A stretch of DNA of 64,000 nucleotides from an uncultured Bacilli bacterium. GTDB taxonomy: Bacteria; Bacillota_I; Bacilli_A; RF39; UBA660. The notes under the pieces were generated by a model. It saw nothing but the letters and a program-made list of their open reading frames with translations, did no database searches and was not told the DNA's origin. The position numbers and the translations under genes were made by a program. This document shows positions 30,555 through 40,890 of the stretch, piece after piece. Every line of letters starts with the position of its first letter. Within the stretch, counting starts at the first letter, position 1. Where the stretch lies: assembly GCA_934086395.1 (NCBI GenBank), contig CAKOIE010000002.1:14678-78677 (forward strand), in the 5' to 3' direction.

Positions 30555-30860
30555 TTTTAACTCCTCCTTTAATTAAAAAAAGTTCATAAATATAGAGACG
30601 ACTAATCGCGGTACCACTCTACTTTATGAACTTTAATTCATACACTCTTTCTCTTAACGTGAGATTGCCGTACTTTCCTTATCCGAAAGTCACATCAGAA
30701 GTGATTTACATTATATTTTATTATATCTTAATTTCACCATATATAAGACTCTCTAAATAAACCATATAATGTCGTCTTCATCAATTGCTTTATGTCTTAA
30801 ATTATAGAATTTATTTACATGTTTGTCAATTAGTTAGTTTGACTTATGCATGTTTTATAA
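30555..30860 (-). promoter_or_regulatory. T-box riboswitch leader of ileS
   Basis: Conserved T-box sequence AGAGUGGUACCGCG on the minus strand. It is followed by terminator AGTTCATAAA...TTTATGAACT then TTTTTTT, directly upstream of the RBS GGAGGAG. Confidence 0.85.
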
Positions 30861-30880
30861 ACTATTTTCTTTTATTTCTT

Positions 30881-31549
30881 TTATTTTCTTTTATTGTCTA
30901 ATGTCATTTTTAATACTGGACCTTTTTCTTCTATTGTATCTTCTAAAATAGTTTCTTCGTCATTAAATCCAAATGGTGAGATTCTTTCGATATTCTCTCT
31001 TAATGCCTTTAAATCACTTAACGAATATTTATCAATATTATTAATATTAAATGGTTGCTTGTTTCTACTCCTCTGTAACTCAATTTGTTTAATGGCTTTT
31101 TTACTAACACCCAATTTTATATTTTCACTTTTTTTAATATTTTCATTTAATTCTTCTTTATGATCTAAAAAATAATTTAATTTTTTTATATCTCTTTTCT
31201 TTATTGCATTTATTATTGTTTTAGCAGGATAATAAATTGCACCTTCAGCAATAATAGCAAGAAACATACCATAAAACCATCCACCATTATTTACAAAATT
31301 CATAATAGCTATTGGTAACATCAATGGTTGACTTATTGTTAATATTTTATCTAGCATTTTAAGCGGTTTTGGTTGTGCATATCTAGCTTGTTCTTCCATT
31401 CTAGATATTATTTTATTTTCATTTTCCTCTGAATATGGAACTGTGTATGATTCTCCACTTGCTAATTTTGCAACAATTTTTCCATTTTCTATTTTATAAG
31501 ATAATATAAATTTTTTAGAATCATCATAATTTAGCGAATAATTTTTCAT
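30881..31549 (-). CDS. Hypothetical membrane-associated protein
   Basis: 222-aa ORF with a central hydrophobic segment. Confidence 0.4.
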   Translation of the reverse strand: MKNYSLNYDDSKKFILSYKIENGKIVAKLASGESYTVPYSEENENKIISRMEEQARYAQPKPLKMLDKILTISQPLMLPIAIMNFVNNGGWFYGMFLAIIAEGAIYYPAKTIINAIKKRDIKKLNYFLDHKEELNENIKKSENIKLGVSKKAIKQIELQRSRNKQPFNINNIDKYSLSDLKALRENIERISPFGFNDEETILEDTIEEKGPVLKMTLDNKRK

Positions 31550-31828
31550 TATATTTTCCCCGTCTCAAAAAGTTTACTATTATTATAGTGTTTTCTCAAT
31601 AAAAGTCAAGACATACTCCTTTATTTTGCTCTTATTTCCTTTTATTCTATATATAATCTATGAAATCATAATTATTTTTTATTGTTCTAATTCATCATCT
31701 TTGCTATATTCATTTTTAATTGTATCTATATCATCATTATCTAAAATCTCTTCTTCATCTAATTCATAAACTCTACAATTTGTTCTTTCTGGAATAGATG
31801 TGAATACTTCTTCTTCATTATCCAATAA

Positions 31829-32233
31829 TCATTTTTCATCATTACCAATATAAATAACTCCTAATTGTATTCTATCTATTTTATCCATTTTCTTATAATC
31901 TTCTATTGGAAATATTCTTACAATGTTTCTATTTTGATAATCATTAAAGAACATTACTTTATCATCATAATAATAAGTTGCTTCAAAATAACCAACATTA
32001 TAAAATTGTCTTAATGTAAATATTATTTCACTAACTTTTTCTATTGGTAAGTATTTACTAAATCTTAATTTAGTTCCAACACAACCAAGTATTGCATAAT
32101 CTTTTTTATCTAAATAACCTGCATCATATAAATTATTACAAGGTTTACAAATGCTTTCTCTAAAATTAACTTCACCAATTTTGACTTTGTTATCAGTATA
32201 ATATTCAAGTTCAACATTATCTACATATCTCAT
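31829..32233 (-). CDS. Hypothetical protein
   Basis: 134-aa ORF. No recognisable domain. Confidence 0.35.
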   Translation of the reverse strand: MRYVDNVELEYYTDNKVKIGEVNFRESICKPCNNLYDAGYLDKKDYAILGCVGTKLRFSKYLPIEKVSEIIFTLRQFYNVGYFEATYYYDDKVMFFNDYQNRNIVRIFPIEDYKKMDKIDRIQLGVIYIGNDEK

Positions 32234-32447
32234 TATTAAATCTGATTTTTCTTTTCTCGTATAATCTTCCTACATATAAATTCTATCTTCTTTTTTAATT
32301 CATCATCAAACCCTAATTCTTTCTTAACAATATTAATCGTTTAAATCTGTCCTTTCTTTAATTAACAAAAAAATACCAACTTCTTTTAGAAATTGATATT
32401 TTCTATATTAAGTCCAAAACTTTAAAAAGTCTGGACAGATTTCCCAA

Positions 32448-32525
32448 TGGTGCTAGAAAGAGGAATTGAACCTCCAACCTACTGATTACGATTCAGTTGC
32501 TCTACCTAATTGAGCTATTCCAGCA
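32448..32525 (-). tRNA. tRNA-Thr (anticodon CGU)
   Basis: Cloverleaf GCUGGAA.../...UUCUAGCACCA with anticodon loop AUCGUAA and T-loop GGTTCAATTCC. Confidence 0.8.
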
Positions 32526-32539
32526 TGGAAAGCTTTAAT

Positions 32540-33949
32540 TTAGTTTTCGATTATTTCTCCATCTAAACTAAAACTTTTAGCATCCGTTATTTTAACATTT
32601 ATAATTTGTCCAATAGTGTCCATAGGTGCAGTTACATTAACTAATTTCATATTTTCAGTATATCCACATACTTTGTTACTATCTTTTTCAGATACACCAG
32701 TAACTAATACTTTTTGAATTGTGTTAAGCATTCTTTCGTTACTTTCTTTAGAATATTTATTAACTAATTCATTTAAACGATGTAATCGGTCCTCTTTTTC
32801 AGCTTCAGTTAAATCATTTTTCATTTTAGCAGCAGGGGTATTTTCTCTTGGAGAATAGATAAATGTAAATGCGCCATCATATTTACAAGTATTAACTACA
32901 TCTAATGTATCATTAAAGTCTTCTTCAGTTTCACCAGGAAAGGCCACTATAATGTCAGTTGTTATTGAGGCATTTTTAACCTTGTTACGAATTTTATTAA
33001 ATAGTTCTAAGTATTCTTCTTTCGTATATCTTCTACCCATTAACTTTAAAATTTTATTTGATCCACTTTGTAATGGTAAATGAATATATGGCATAATATT
33101 TTCTCTTGATGCTATAACGTCAATCATTTTATCAGTAAAATCCCAAGGATGAGATGTTACAAATCTAATTCTTTCAATTCCGATATCACTAACTTTTTCA
33201 AGTAGTTTACTAAATTCAATTTCGCCATCTAAGTCTTTACCATAAGCATTAACATTTTGACCTAATAAAGTTATTTCTTTATATCCTTGTTCTTTTAGTT
33301 CTTTAACTTCTTTTAGAATATCTTCTGATTTACGACTTCTTTGTTTTCCTCTAGTATAAGGAACTATACAATAAGTACAAAATTTATCACAACCATACAT
33401 AATATTTACCCAAGCTGTTATTTTAGAATCTCTTTTATATAAGTTACCAAATTCAATTACGTCTCCTTCTTTACTATAAACATTAATTGATTGCTTACCA
33501 TAAAAATTCATTAGCATATCAGGTAATTCATTCATATTGTGTGTACCAAAAACTATATCAATATATTTATGTTTTTCCCTTATTTCTTTTACAACATTTT
33601 CTTCCTGAGCCATACATCCACAAAGACCAATAATTAAATCTTTATTAGTTTTCTTTAAATGCTTACATCTTCCTAAAAAACCAAATACTTTATCATGAGC
33701 ATTTTCTCTTATAGCACAAGTATTTAAAATAATTAAATCTGCTTGTTCATAATCTTCTATTTCAGTATAACCTAAATTTTCTAATATCTTTTTAATTTCT
33801 TCGCTATCGTGAACATTCATCTGACAACCATAAGTTTTAATAAAATATTTTTTTCCTTTAAATACCTCATTATAATTACGATTCTCATATAAATATTTTA
33901 CTTCTTCTTTTCCTCTTTTTCTGGCATCTGCCATGTTTGGATAATTCAT
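32540..33949 (-). CDS. miaB: tRNA methylthiotransferase MiaB (radical SAM)
   Basis: N-terminal MTTase domain 'KTYGCQMNVHDSE', radical SAM 'CDKFCTYCIVP' and a C-terminal TRAM domain. Confidence 0.85.
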   Translation of the reverse strand: MNYPNMADARKRGKEEVKYLYENRNYNEVFKGKKYFIKTYGCQMNVHDSEEIKKILENLGYTEIEDYEQADLIILNTCAIRENAHDKVFGFLGRCKHLKKTNKDLIIGLCGCMAQEENVVKEIREKHKYIDIVFGTHNMNELPDMLMNFYGKQSINVYSKEGDVIEFGNLYKRDSKITAWVNIMYGCDKFCTYCIVPYTRGKQRSRKSEDILKEVKELKEQGYKEITLLGQNVNAYGKDLDGEIEFSKLLEKVSDIGIERIRFVTSHPWDFTDKMIDVIASRENIMPYIHLPLQSGSNKILKLMGRRYTKEEYLELFNKIRNKVKNASITTDIIVAFPGETEEDFNDTLDVVNTCKYDGAFTFIYSPRENTPAAKMKNDLTEAEKEDRLHRLNELVNKYSKESNERMLNTIQKVLVTGVSEKDSNKVCGYTENMKLVNVTAPMDTIGQIINVKITDAKSFSLDGEIIEN

Positions 33950-33985
33950 TTATATCACCAACTTCGTTAATGATTATATCATACT

Positions 33986-34180
33986 TTAAGCCATTGTGGT
34001 AATAATATTAAAGTTTTTGGAGTAATTATCTATTTGTTTACTCCGAAAACCAATTGCAACAATAATTATTAGTACAATTAGATAAAAAATAATTAATCCT
34101 TTATATTCTTTTAATGCGTTAGTCATTACTACCACTCCTTCCAACAATATTAATATAAACCAAACAAATGTATTTGTCAA
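33986..34180 (-). CDS. Small membrane protein (64 aa)
   Basis: Two hydrophobic helices. Function unclear. Confidence 0.35.
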   Translation of the reverse strand: MTNTFVWFILILLEGVVVMTNALKEYKGLIIFYLIVLIIIVAIGFRSKQIDNYSKNFNIITTMA

Positions 34181-34227
34181 TATTTTTTAAACAATTGTTT
34201 GACTTTATTTTTTGTTTATGTTAATAT
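34164..34227 (+). promoter_or_regulatory. lexA promoter with candidate LexA operators (palindromes ACAAATGTATTTGT and AAACAATTGTTT)
   Basis: Promoter is TTGACT (34199-34204), a 17-nt spacer, then TAATAT (34222-34227). The 12-bp palindrome AAACAATTGTTT (34189-34200) is a one-mismatch variant of the Gram-positive GAAC-N4-GTTC box and overlaps the -35. Confidence 0.5.
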
Positions 34228-34244
34228 ACACGTAAGGAGGAATT

Positions 34245-34871
34245 ATGGACGAAAAAAAATTAACAAAAAAACAAAAAGTCGTACTTCAATATATAAAGAA
34301 ATATGTTGTAAGTCATGGATATGCACCAACTGTTAGAGAAATTTGTCAGGGATTAAACCTTTCTAGCCCTGCAACAGTTCATTCTCATTTATCACAGTTA
34401 CAAGGAAAAGGTTATATAAGGAAAGGTAAAGGAAAATTTAGAACAATTGAAGTTTTATGTGAAAATGAATTTGTACCTAAAAATGAAGAAATTGTAAAAG
34501 TTCCATTACTTGGAAAAGTTACTGCTGGTACCCCAATTGAGGCTATTGAAAATCCAAATGAATATTTTTCATTACCTATTGAGTTAGTACCACCTAAAGA
34601 AACTATCTTTACTCTTAAAGTATCAGGTGAAAGTATGATAAATGCGGGTATTTTAGATGGAGATATCGTTATTGTACAAAAACAAAGAGTTGCTAGAAAT
34701 GGTGAAATAATTGTTGCAATGACTGAAGAAAATGAAGTAACATTAAAAAGATATTATAAAGAAAATGGTCATATTAGATTACAACCAGAAAATGATACGA
34801 TGGCACCAATTATTTTACCTAATTGTACTATTTTAGGTAAAGCGATAGGACTTTATAGAAAAATAAATTAA
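34245..34871 (+). CDS. lexA: LexA repressor
   Basis: N-terminal winged HTH, Ala-Gly cleavage site region 'VTAGTPIEA', and S24 peptidase Ser-Lys dyad (GESM ... KR). Confidence 0.9.
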   Translation: MDEKKLTKKQKVVLQYIKKYVVSHGYAPTVREICQGLNLSSPATVHSHLSQLQGKGYIRKGKGKFRTIEVLCENEFVPKNEEIVKVPLLGKVTAGTPIEAIENPNEYFSLPIELVPPKETIFTLKVSGESMINAGILDGDIVIVQKQRVARNGEIIVAMTEENEVTLKRYYKENGHIRLQPENDTMAPIILPNCTILGKAIGLYRKIN

Positions 34872-34909
34872 AAAAGAAAAGTAATTTAACTTATAAAATT
34901 TAAGTTTTG

Positions 34910-35938
34910 TTACTTTTCTTTTTTTGGTTTTACTAATTCATTTCCTAATATTGTTAACATTTTAATAAAATAATCCTTAGTATTTTTATCAATATCTTTA
35001 ATATTTAAAATTATATTATAAATTTCTTTAATGTTCAATTTTGCTTTTTTATTATCAACTAAATAATTTATAATAGTATCAAAAGTTTTTTGTAAATCAT
35101 TTTGATTTATTATGGAAATTCCACTAGTAGTAATATCATGTAGCTTTGTGGAAAATGAACTTGGTTTTTGCTTAATAAATTCTTCTCCAAATAAAATCCA
35201 CGAATAAGGATAATGAACTTTTATACCCATTCCATTTGATTTAATATAAGTATAATTATCATTATACAGTAAACTTCCCACAAAAGAATCACTTGGCAAA
35301 TAATTATGTAATTTGGAAGAAACTTTTTTATATTTTTTAGTTAAATATTCTTCCTTTCTTAAACCAGGACCATCAAAATTATCTATTCTTTTAATTTTAT
35401 TATAAACACTACTTTTACATTCCATCACACCAACTAACGCTAAATTACCACCTTTAGAATGTCCATTAACAAATATATTATTTCCTTTTATCTTATTTAA
35501 ATAATTAATAGCGTACTTGTGAGTAACTGTTGGATAAGTATATGCAATTTTTAAATTTTCAATCCAACTTATCATTGAATCATCTGATCCTCTAAATGAT
35601 ACAATAGTGTTTTTATTAATAGAATAAGTTATAGCACTAAACTGAGTTTCCGTATTTAAAATATATTCAGAATTTATAATATATAAATCTTTATATCTTG
35701 GTAATTCAAGAAGTTTCTTTAATAAATCGAAAGATTTTTGACTTGATTTACTTTGAAGAGCTTTATCTTTATTTTGATCAATATAATTATAGAAATCTAA
35801 TAAACTATATTTTTTCTTAAATGATTCAAAAGGAAGATAAGCTAAAAGTGAACATATTAAATTATCCTGAACATTCCAATTAATTTCATCTATTTTTATT
35901 TCACCATAATATTTTATATAATCATATATTGTATACAT
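34910..35938 (-). CDS. Alpha/beta hydrolase, lipase class 3 / Mbeg1-like (DUF2974) protein
   Basis: Nucleophile elbow GHSKGG. Confidence 0.55.
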   Translation of the reverse strand: MYTIYDYIKYYGEIKIDEINWNVQDNLICSLLAYLPFESFKKKYSLLDFYNYIDQNKDKALQSKSSQKSFDLLKKLLELPRYKDLYIINSEYILNTETQFSAITYSINKNTIVSFRGSDDSMISWIENLKIAYTYPTVTHKYAINYLNKIKGNNIFVNGHSKGGNLALVGVMECKSSVYNKIKRIDNFDGPGLRKEEYLTKKYKKVSSKLHNYLPSDSFVGSLLYNDNYTYIKSNGMGIKVHYPYSWILFGEEFIKQKPSSFSTKLHDITTSGISIINQNDLQKTFDTIINYLVDNKKAKLNIKEIYNIILNIKDIDKNTKDYFIKMLTILGNELVKPKKEK

Positions 35939-35952
35939 TAAATAAGTCTCCT

Positions 35953-36165
35953 TTATGCATTTTCACTTAACAAAGGGGCTAAATAACTAATTAATTCATT
36001 ATCTGTAATAATTTCTAAATCTCCATTAATAATTTTTCCATAAAAATATTTTATATCATTATCTAACTTACCTAAATAACAATATGTTTCATTATTATAT
36101 TCTATTTTACTTACAATAACATATTTATCATCATTATCTAAAGTTAATATATATTTATCTTCCAC
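35953..36165 (-). CDS. Hypothetical small protein
   Basis: 70-aa ORF. Overlaps the upstream ORF by 11 nt. Confidence 0.3.
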   Translation of the reverse strand: MEDKYILTLDNDDKYVIVSKIEYNNETYCYLGKLDNDIKYFYGKIINGDLEIITDNELISYLAPLLSENA

Positions 36166-36610
36166 TATATCTTACTCCTCTATTACAATTCATATAATTT
36201 TGCCTATTATATTTATCATTATGTATTTCAACTATATTATCATATAGCCCTGGATATTCCGATTCCAAAAAAGCACGATATCGTCTTTCATCACCTGATA
36301 TTAACAATCTTTTTATTTTTTTATACTTTCTAATATCATCATTTAATTCTATTGTACTTTTAAAATTTCCATAAATACTTCCTACTGATATAACTGTTAA
36401 AATTGTAAACAAGATTGGTTTAGCTAAACTAATAAAATTTGCATCTACTACTTCTCCAGCTGTTACATATGCACAAGATGATAGCAAAAGTGTCATTCCA
36501 ATATTTACAACTAATGATACCTTTTGCTTTATTTTATTTCTCTCTGTTTCATCTATTAATCTATCATAGTAATCAATTGCTTTCTCTATTCTTTTTATTT
36601 TCATTCTCAT
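36155..36610 (-). CDS. Hypothetical membrane protein
   Basis: Two to three transmembrane helices. Confidence 0.35.
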   Translation of the reverse strand: MRMKIKRIEKAIDYYDRLIDETERNKIKQKVSLVVNIGMTLLLSSCAYVTAGEVVDANFISLAKPILFTILTVISVGSIYGNFKSTIELNDDIRKYKKIKRLLISGDERRYRAFLESEYPGLYDNIVEIHNDKYNRQNYMNCNRGVRYSGR

Positions 36611-36794
36611 TTAATGTATCACCTATTTTAATGTTATCATATATAGTCAAGGTTTTAATCATTTATTTAATTAATTTACAAAATAAATGTAAAGTAATAG
36701 CTTAATAATAATTATTAATAAATCAAATATTATATGATTACTAATCAAAATAACAAAAAACATAAAAAAAGGTTAACAATTAAGTTAGCCAATT

Positions 36795-37913
36795 TTATTT
36801 TATTAATAAATAAATTAAGAATACTAAATAGATTGATAAAATAATATATCCATTAATTTTAGTTGATTTTTGAGTTTTGTTATCTATTCCTAAAGCCATA
36901 GTTATAAAGATTCCACCAATAAGTCCACCAATATGAGCCCAATTATCAATTCCACTAAAAGTAAAACCTATAAGTAAGTTAAGTACTATAATAGGAACTA
37001 TTTCTTTAAGTAAAACAGAACCTAAATATAATCTATAATGCATTCCAAAATATAATAAACTTCCTAATAATCCAAAGATAGCACCAGATGCACCTAGTGA
37101 ATAACTATTAGTTAATATGCATGATAATAATGAACCAGATAATCCACTAATTAAATAGATAATTAAATATTTCCATTTACCTAAGAATGTTTCCAATTGA
37201 TTACCTATAACATATAATGAATACATATTTACAATCAAGTGATAAATTGATCCATGCATAAATATAGAGGTAATTAAACGATATATTTCACCATTTCTTA
37301 CTCTATATGGATCTAATATTAAAGCATTAAATAAGTTATCATTAAACATCGTTAAGACAAAGACTATAACATTTAATATAATTAGAATATTAGTAACAAT
37401 AATTTTTTTTGGAGCAAATATACTTTCAAATCGTTCATTTTTTTCAGCACTTCTAGTATTAATATCATTAGTAATATTTATAAAAGTATCAAATGAATTA
37501 TCTTTCTTTAAAGATACTGTTTTTAATTTAGGAAAGATACCAGCAATATTATTGTCACTTCTTAAATCTTTTAAATCAGTTATTTTATAATTATTTATAG
37601 TTTTAGAATTTGTTAAATCAACATTATCACCTACATCTAGTAAAAGATTTAAAGTTTTCATATTAAATGTTAAAGTTTTTTGTTTAATTTGCCTTGTTAC
37701 ATTCTTTATTTTATAGTTATCAAACGCTAATTGATCATTATTATGAATATAGTTAGAATTAATACGAATTACTTTATATGGTGCTTCTAAATTTTCTAAC
37801 CATATTTCATTTTTAACACCATTAACTATCATTGGTTCATAGTTTTCTTCAGTTATAAAGTAATGAACTAATTTCATTATTAATTCTTCTTTGGGATCCA
37901 TATAATTATTCAT
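36795..37913 (-). CDS. Rhomboid family intramembrane serine protease
   Basis: Catalytic motifs GASGAIFGLLG and HIGGLIGG in the C-terminal six-transmembrane core. Confidence 0.8.
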   Translation of the reverse strand: MNNYMDPKEELIMKLVHYFITEENYEPMIVNGVKNEIWLENLEAPYKVIRINSNYIHNNDQLAFDNYKIKNVTRQIKQKTLTFNMKTLNLLLDVGDNVDLTNSKTINNYKITDLKDLRSDNNIAGIFPKLKTVSLKKDNSFDTFINITNDINTRSAEKNERFESIFAPKKIIVTNILIILNVIVFVLTMFNDNLFNALILDPYRVRNGEIYRLITSIFMHGSIYHLIVNMYSLYVIGNQLETFLGKWKYLIIYLISGLSGSLLSCILTNSYSLGASGAIFGLLGSLLYFGMHYRLYLGSVLLKEIVPIIVLNLLIGFTFSGIDNWAHIGGLIGGIFITMALGIDNKTQKSTKINGYIILSIYLVFLIYLLIK

Positions 37914-37977
37914 TTCTTTTCACCTAATTTCATATAATATTTTATAACAAAAGGATTCATTAGTAAAGGAGAAAAAT

Positions 37978-38424
37978 ATGTTAAAGAAAATAGTATTCTT
38001 TGGAATTATTGTTTTAATGTGGAATTTAGGCTTAATTTTATTTCCGATTGATTATGGTTATTTAACAACTTTTAGACATTTAATTTACTTTAATTATGAT
38101 ATTTATTTAGTTATATGGGGATTTGTTTCTTTATTTATTAGTTATTCTTTTTATAGGTTATTTATTGATTTTGACTTAAATAATAATTATATATTTATAT
38201 TTTTAATTAATTATATATTTACAGAGGTATTTGGTATATTTTTCTTTGTTTTTAATAGTTTAATTTTAAGTATAATTTGTATGTCTATAGTTGCAACTAG
38301 TAGTGTCTTAGTTTATTTAGAAGCAAAAAAAATTGATAGACATAGTTCTATGTTTGGAATTATACCTATCATATTTAATGGAATTAATTTAATATCTTTA
38401 ATGGTAATGTTTATTCTAAACTAG
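37978..38424 (+). CDS. Hypothetical membrane protein
   Basis: Four transmembrane helices. RBS AAAGGAG. Confidence 0.4.
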   Translation: MLKKIVFFGIIVLMWNLGLILFPIDYGYLTTFRHLIYFNYDIYLVIWGFVSLFISYSFYRLFIDFDLNNNYIFIFLINYIFTEVFGIFFFVFNSLILSIICMSIVATSSVLVYLEAKKIDRHSSMFGIIPIIFNGINLISLMVMFILN

Positions 38425-39301
38425 TCAGAGTATCTAGAAAGTCTTGAAATTCTTTAGGTAATGGAGCTGTAAAATGAAGATGTTCTTTAGTTATAGGATG
38501 ATAAAAATCTATTTCTCTTGAATGAAGAAATTGACCGAACGGAGTGCATTTCATTTTAGTGTATACGGGATCATTATAAATTGGATAACCAATATATTTC
38601 ATGTGAACTCTTATTTGATGAGTTCTTCCAGTTTCTAATTTTAAATTTATCAATGTATATCCTTTGTATCTTTTTAATACGTTAAAATGAGTGATAGCAT
38701 TTTTGCTATTTTGTTTAGTAACTGTGTAGCGTTTACGTTCACTTGGATCACGGCCAATGGGAGCATCAATTAATCCCTCAGAAGTATCTAACTCACCTAT
38801 TACTAATGCTGTATAATATCTATAAATATCTTTATTTTTTAAAGCTTCAGCAAGTAATTCATGTGCTTTATTATTTTTTGCAACAACCATTAAACCACTT
38901 GTATCTTTGTCAATACGATGAACAATTCCAGGACGTGCTTTACTACCATCACTTAAATTAGTAGTATATCCCATAAGAGCATTTACTAAAGTATGTTCTT
39001 GATTACCATTACCAGGATGAACTACCATTCCACTTGGTTTATTAATTATCATTAAATCATTATCTTCATAAACAATGTCTAATTTAATATTTTCTGGTAA
39101 AATATCAGTTTCTTCTTTAAAGTTATCATCTACTATAATTTTATCATTAAGTTCTAATTTATAACTTGCTTTAGTTTTTTTATCATTTACTTTAATATTC
39201 TCATTATCAATCATTTTTTGAATAATAGTACGAGAATAATCTAAATTTTCACTTAAATATTTATCAATTCTTTTTCCAACGTTTTCTTCACTTATTATCA
39301 T
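38411..39301 (-). CDS. rluD: RluA-family 23S rRNA pseudouridine synthase (RluD-like)
   Basis: S4-like N-domain and catalytic 'HRIDKDTSGLMVVAKN'. Confidence 0.8.
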   Translation of the reverse strand: MIISEENVGKRIDKYLSENLDYSRTIIQKMIDNENIKVNDKKTKASYKLELNDKIIVDDNFKEETDILPENIKLDIVYEDNDLMIINKPSGMVVHPGNGNQEHTLVNALMGYTTNLSDGSKARPGIVHRIDKDTSGLMVVAKNNKAHELLAEALKNKDIYRYYTALVIGELDTSEGLIDAPIGRDPSERKRYTVTKQNSKNAITHFNVLKRYKGYTLINLKLETGRTHQIRVHMKYIGYPIYNDPVYTKMKCTPFGQFLHSREIDFYHPITKEHLHFTAPLPKEFQDFLDTLTSLE

Positions 39302-39740
39302 TTTTATCCTCTTTTATTGTTTTTATAATTATTAGAAATATACCTAAACATATACAAATATCACTTATATTGAATATAGGAAAATTATAATTAAAGATTC
39401 TAAAGTCTAGGAAATCTCTAACGTAACCAAAAATTAAACGATCTATTAAGTTACCTATTATTCCACCAAGTAATATATAAAATGAGATATTTTTTTCAAT
39501 ATATTTATCTATTAAATAGATAGCTATTAATGTTACACAAATAAATAATAAATTATAGCCTGATAGAATACTAAAAGCTGCTCCATTGTTATGGGCATTA
39601 GTTAAATAAAAAAAATTTTTAATAATTTGAAATGATTTTAAATATTCAATATTTTGATTAATTAAAAATTTTGTTAACTGATCTATAATTATTATTAGAA
39701 ATGTTATAAGGATATATTTCTTTTTTTTCATATTAATCAC
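39288..39740 (-). CDS. lspA: Lipoprotein signal peptidase II
   Basis: Motifs 'NNGAAFS' and 'FGYVRDFLDF...FNISD'. Confidence 0.8.
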   Translation of the reverse strand: MINMKKKKYILITFLIIIIDQLTKFLINQNIEYLKSFQIIKNFFYLTNAHNNGAAFSILSGYNLLFICVTLIAIYLIDKYIEKNISFYILLGGIIGNLIDRLIFGYVRDFLDFRIFNYNFPIFNISDICICLGIFLIIIKTIKEDKNDNK

Positions 39741-39758
39741 AGGATTATTATACTTTGT

Positions 39759-39980
39759 TTATTTTAAATTTACAAGTATTACGTCGGAACCGATTTTAGT
39801 AATGGATGAATAATCAATTTTGTATTCAGAAGCAGAAAATTTTTTAATCATTTTTAGAGAACCCACAACAAAATAGTTAATAGAACCATTTTCATTTACA
39901 TCTATATCAATTATTTTTCCTAGGTTAGCACCAGTATTTTGATTTATGATATCTTTATTTTGCATATCGGATACTAGCAT
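39759..39980 (-). CDS. ylmC: YlmC/YmxH family sporulation protein (PRC barrel)
   Basis: 73 aa ending 'GSDVILVNLK'. Position downstream of sigG is conserved in spore formers. Confidence 0.7.
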   Translation of the reverse strand: MLVSDMQNKDIINQNTGANLGKIIDIDVNENGSINYFVVGSLKMIKKFSASEYKIDYSSITKIGSDVILVNLK

Positions 39981-40005
39981 AATGTATCACCAATTAATTA
40001 TATGT

Positions 40006-40779
40006 TTATCTTAAATACTTTTTCATATTATTGATGGCATTTTTTTCGATACGTGATACTTGGGCTTGTGATACGCCTAAATCAGCTGCAATTTCTAACT
40101 GAGTTTTACCATAAATATATCTAGCATAAAGAACATTTCTTTCTCTCAAGTTTATTTGATTTAAGGCACCAGTTAAAGATATTGTATCATTTTGATCAAT
40201 TAAATCTTTTTTACTTGATAACTGATCTTCTAAGTAAATTGTATCTCCTCCATCATTATAAATTGGTTCAGAAATTGATACTGGTTCTATTAATGATTCT
40301 AAAGCAAGAGATAAATCATACTCAGTAATATTTAATTCATGACATATTTGTTTATTAGATGGTTCGATTCCATGTTTAAGTAAATAATTTTCTTTATATT
40401 TTAGAATTTGATAGGCTGTATCTTTAATGCTTCTAGATATTCTTACAACACTTGATTCTCTAATAAATCTTTTTACTTCTCCTAAAATAAGGGGTACTGC
40501 ATAAGTAGAAAATCGAACATCATAATCAAGTGAAAAATTATCTACTGCTTTAATTAAGCCAACTGTTCCAATTTGAAATAAATCATTCATGTCATATTTG
40601 CCACTATTATAATGTTTAATTACGCTTAAAACTAATTTAAGATTACCATTTACTATATCATCTTTAGCAAGTTTGTCTCCTTTTTGATATTTTTTAAATA
40701 ATTCAATAGTTTCTTCATTTTTTAATACTTTTAATTTGTTTGTATCAATTCCAGTTATTTCAACTTTATATTTTCCCAA
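40006..40779 (-). CDS. sigG: RNA polymerase sporulation sigma factor sigma-G
   Basis: Aligns along its length with B. subtilis SigG ('KVEITGIDTNKLKVLKNEE', 'LVNGNLKLVLSVI', 'FSTYAVPLILGEVKRFIRE', 'ISQAQVSRIEK'). Confidence 0.85.
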   Translation of the reverse strand: MGKYKVEITGIDTNKLKVLKNEETIELFKKYQKGDKLAKDDIVNGNLKLVLSVIKHYNSGKYDMNDLFQIGTVGLIKAVDNFSLDYDVRFSTYAVPLILGEVKRFIRESSVVRISRSIKDTAYQILKYKENYLLKHGIEPSNKQICHELNITEYDLSLALESLIEPVSISEPIYNDGGDTIYLEDQLSSKKDLIDQNDTISLTGALNQINLRERNVLYARYIYGKTQLEIAADLGVSQAQVSRIEKNAINNMKKYLR

Positions 40780-40890
40780 AATAAATCTCTCCTCTAATTT
40801 ATAGTGGAAAGATTTTGAGATGTTTATTCATACTTAATTATTTATTTTATTGGTCTCATGGTTTTAGCCTCTAATCGTGCATTAAAATTT

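Noticed and set aside
32380-32447. Intrinsic terminator downstream of tRNA-Thr
   Set aside because: Only a weak 5-bp inverted repeat (GTCCA..TGGAC) with a long loop and no clean U-run. Not reportable with confidence.
40780-40890. Sigma-F/sigma-G-type promoter upstream of sigG
   Set aside because: GTATG and CACTATAAAT-like elements exist, but spacing to a convincing consensus (-35 GYATR, -10 GGnnAnAHTR) could not be established by eye.
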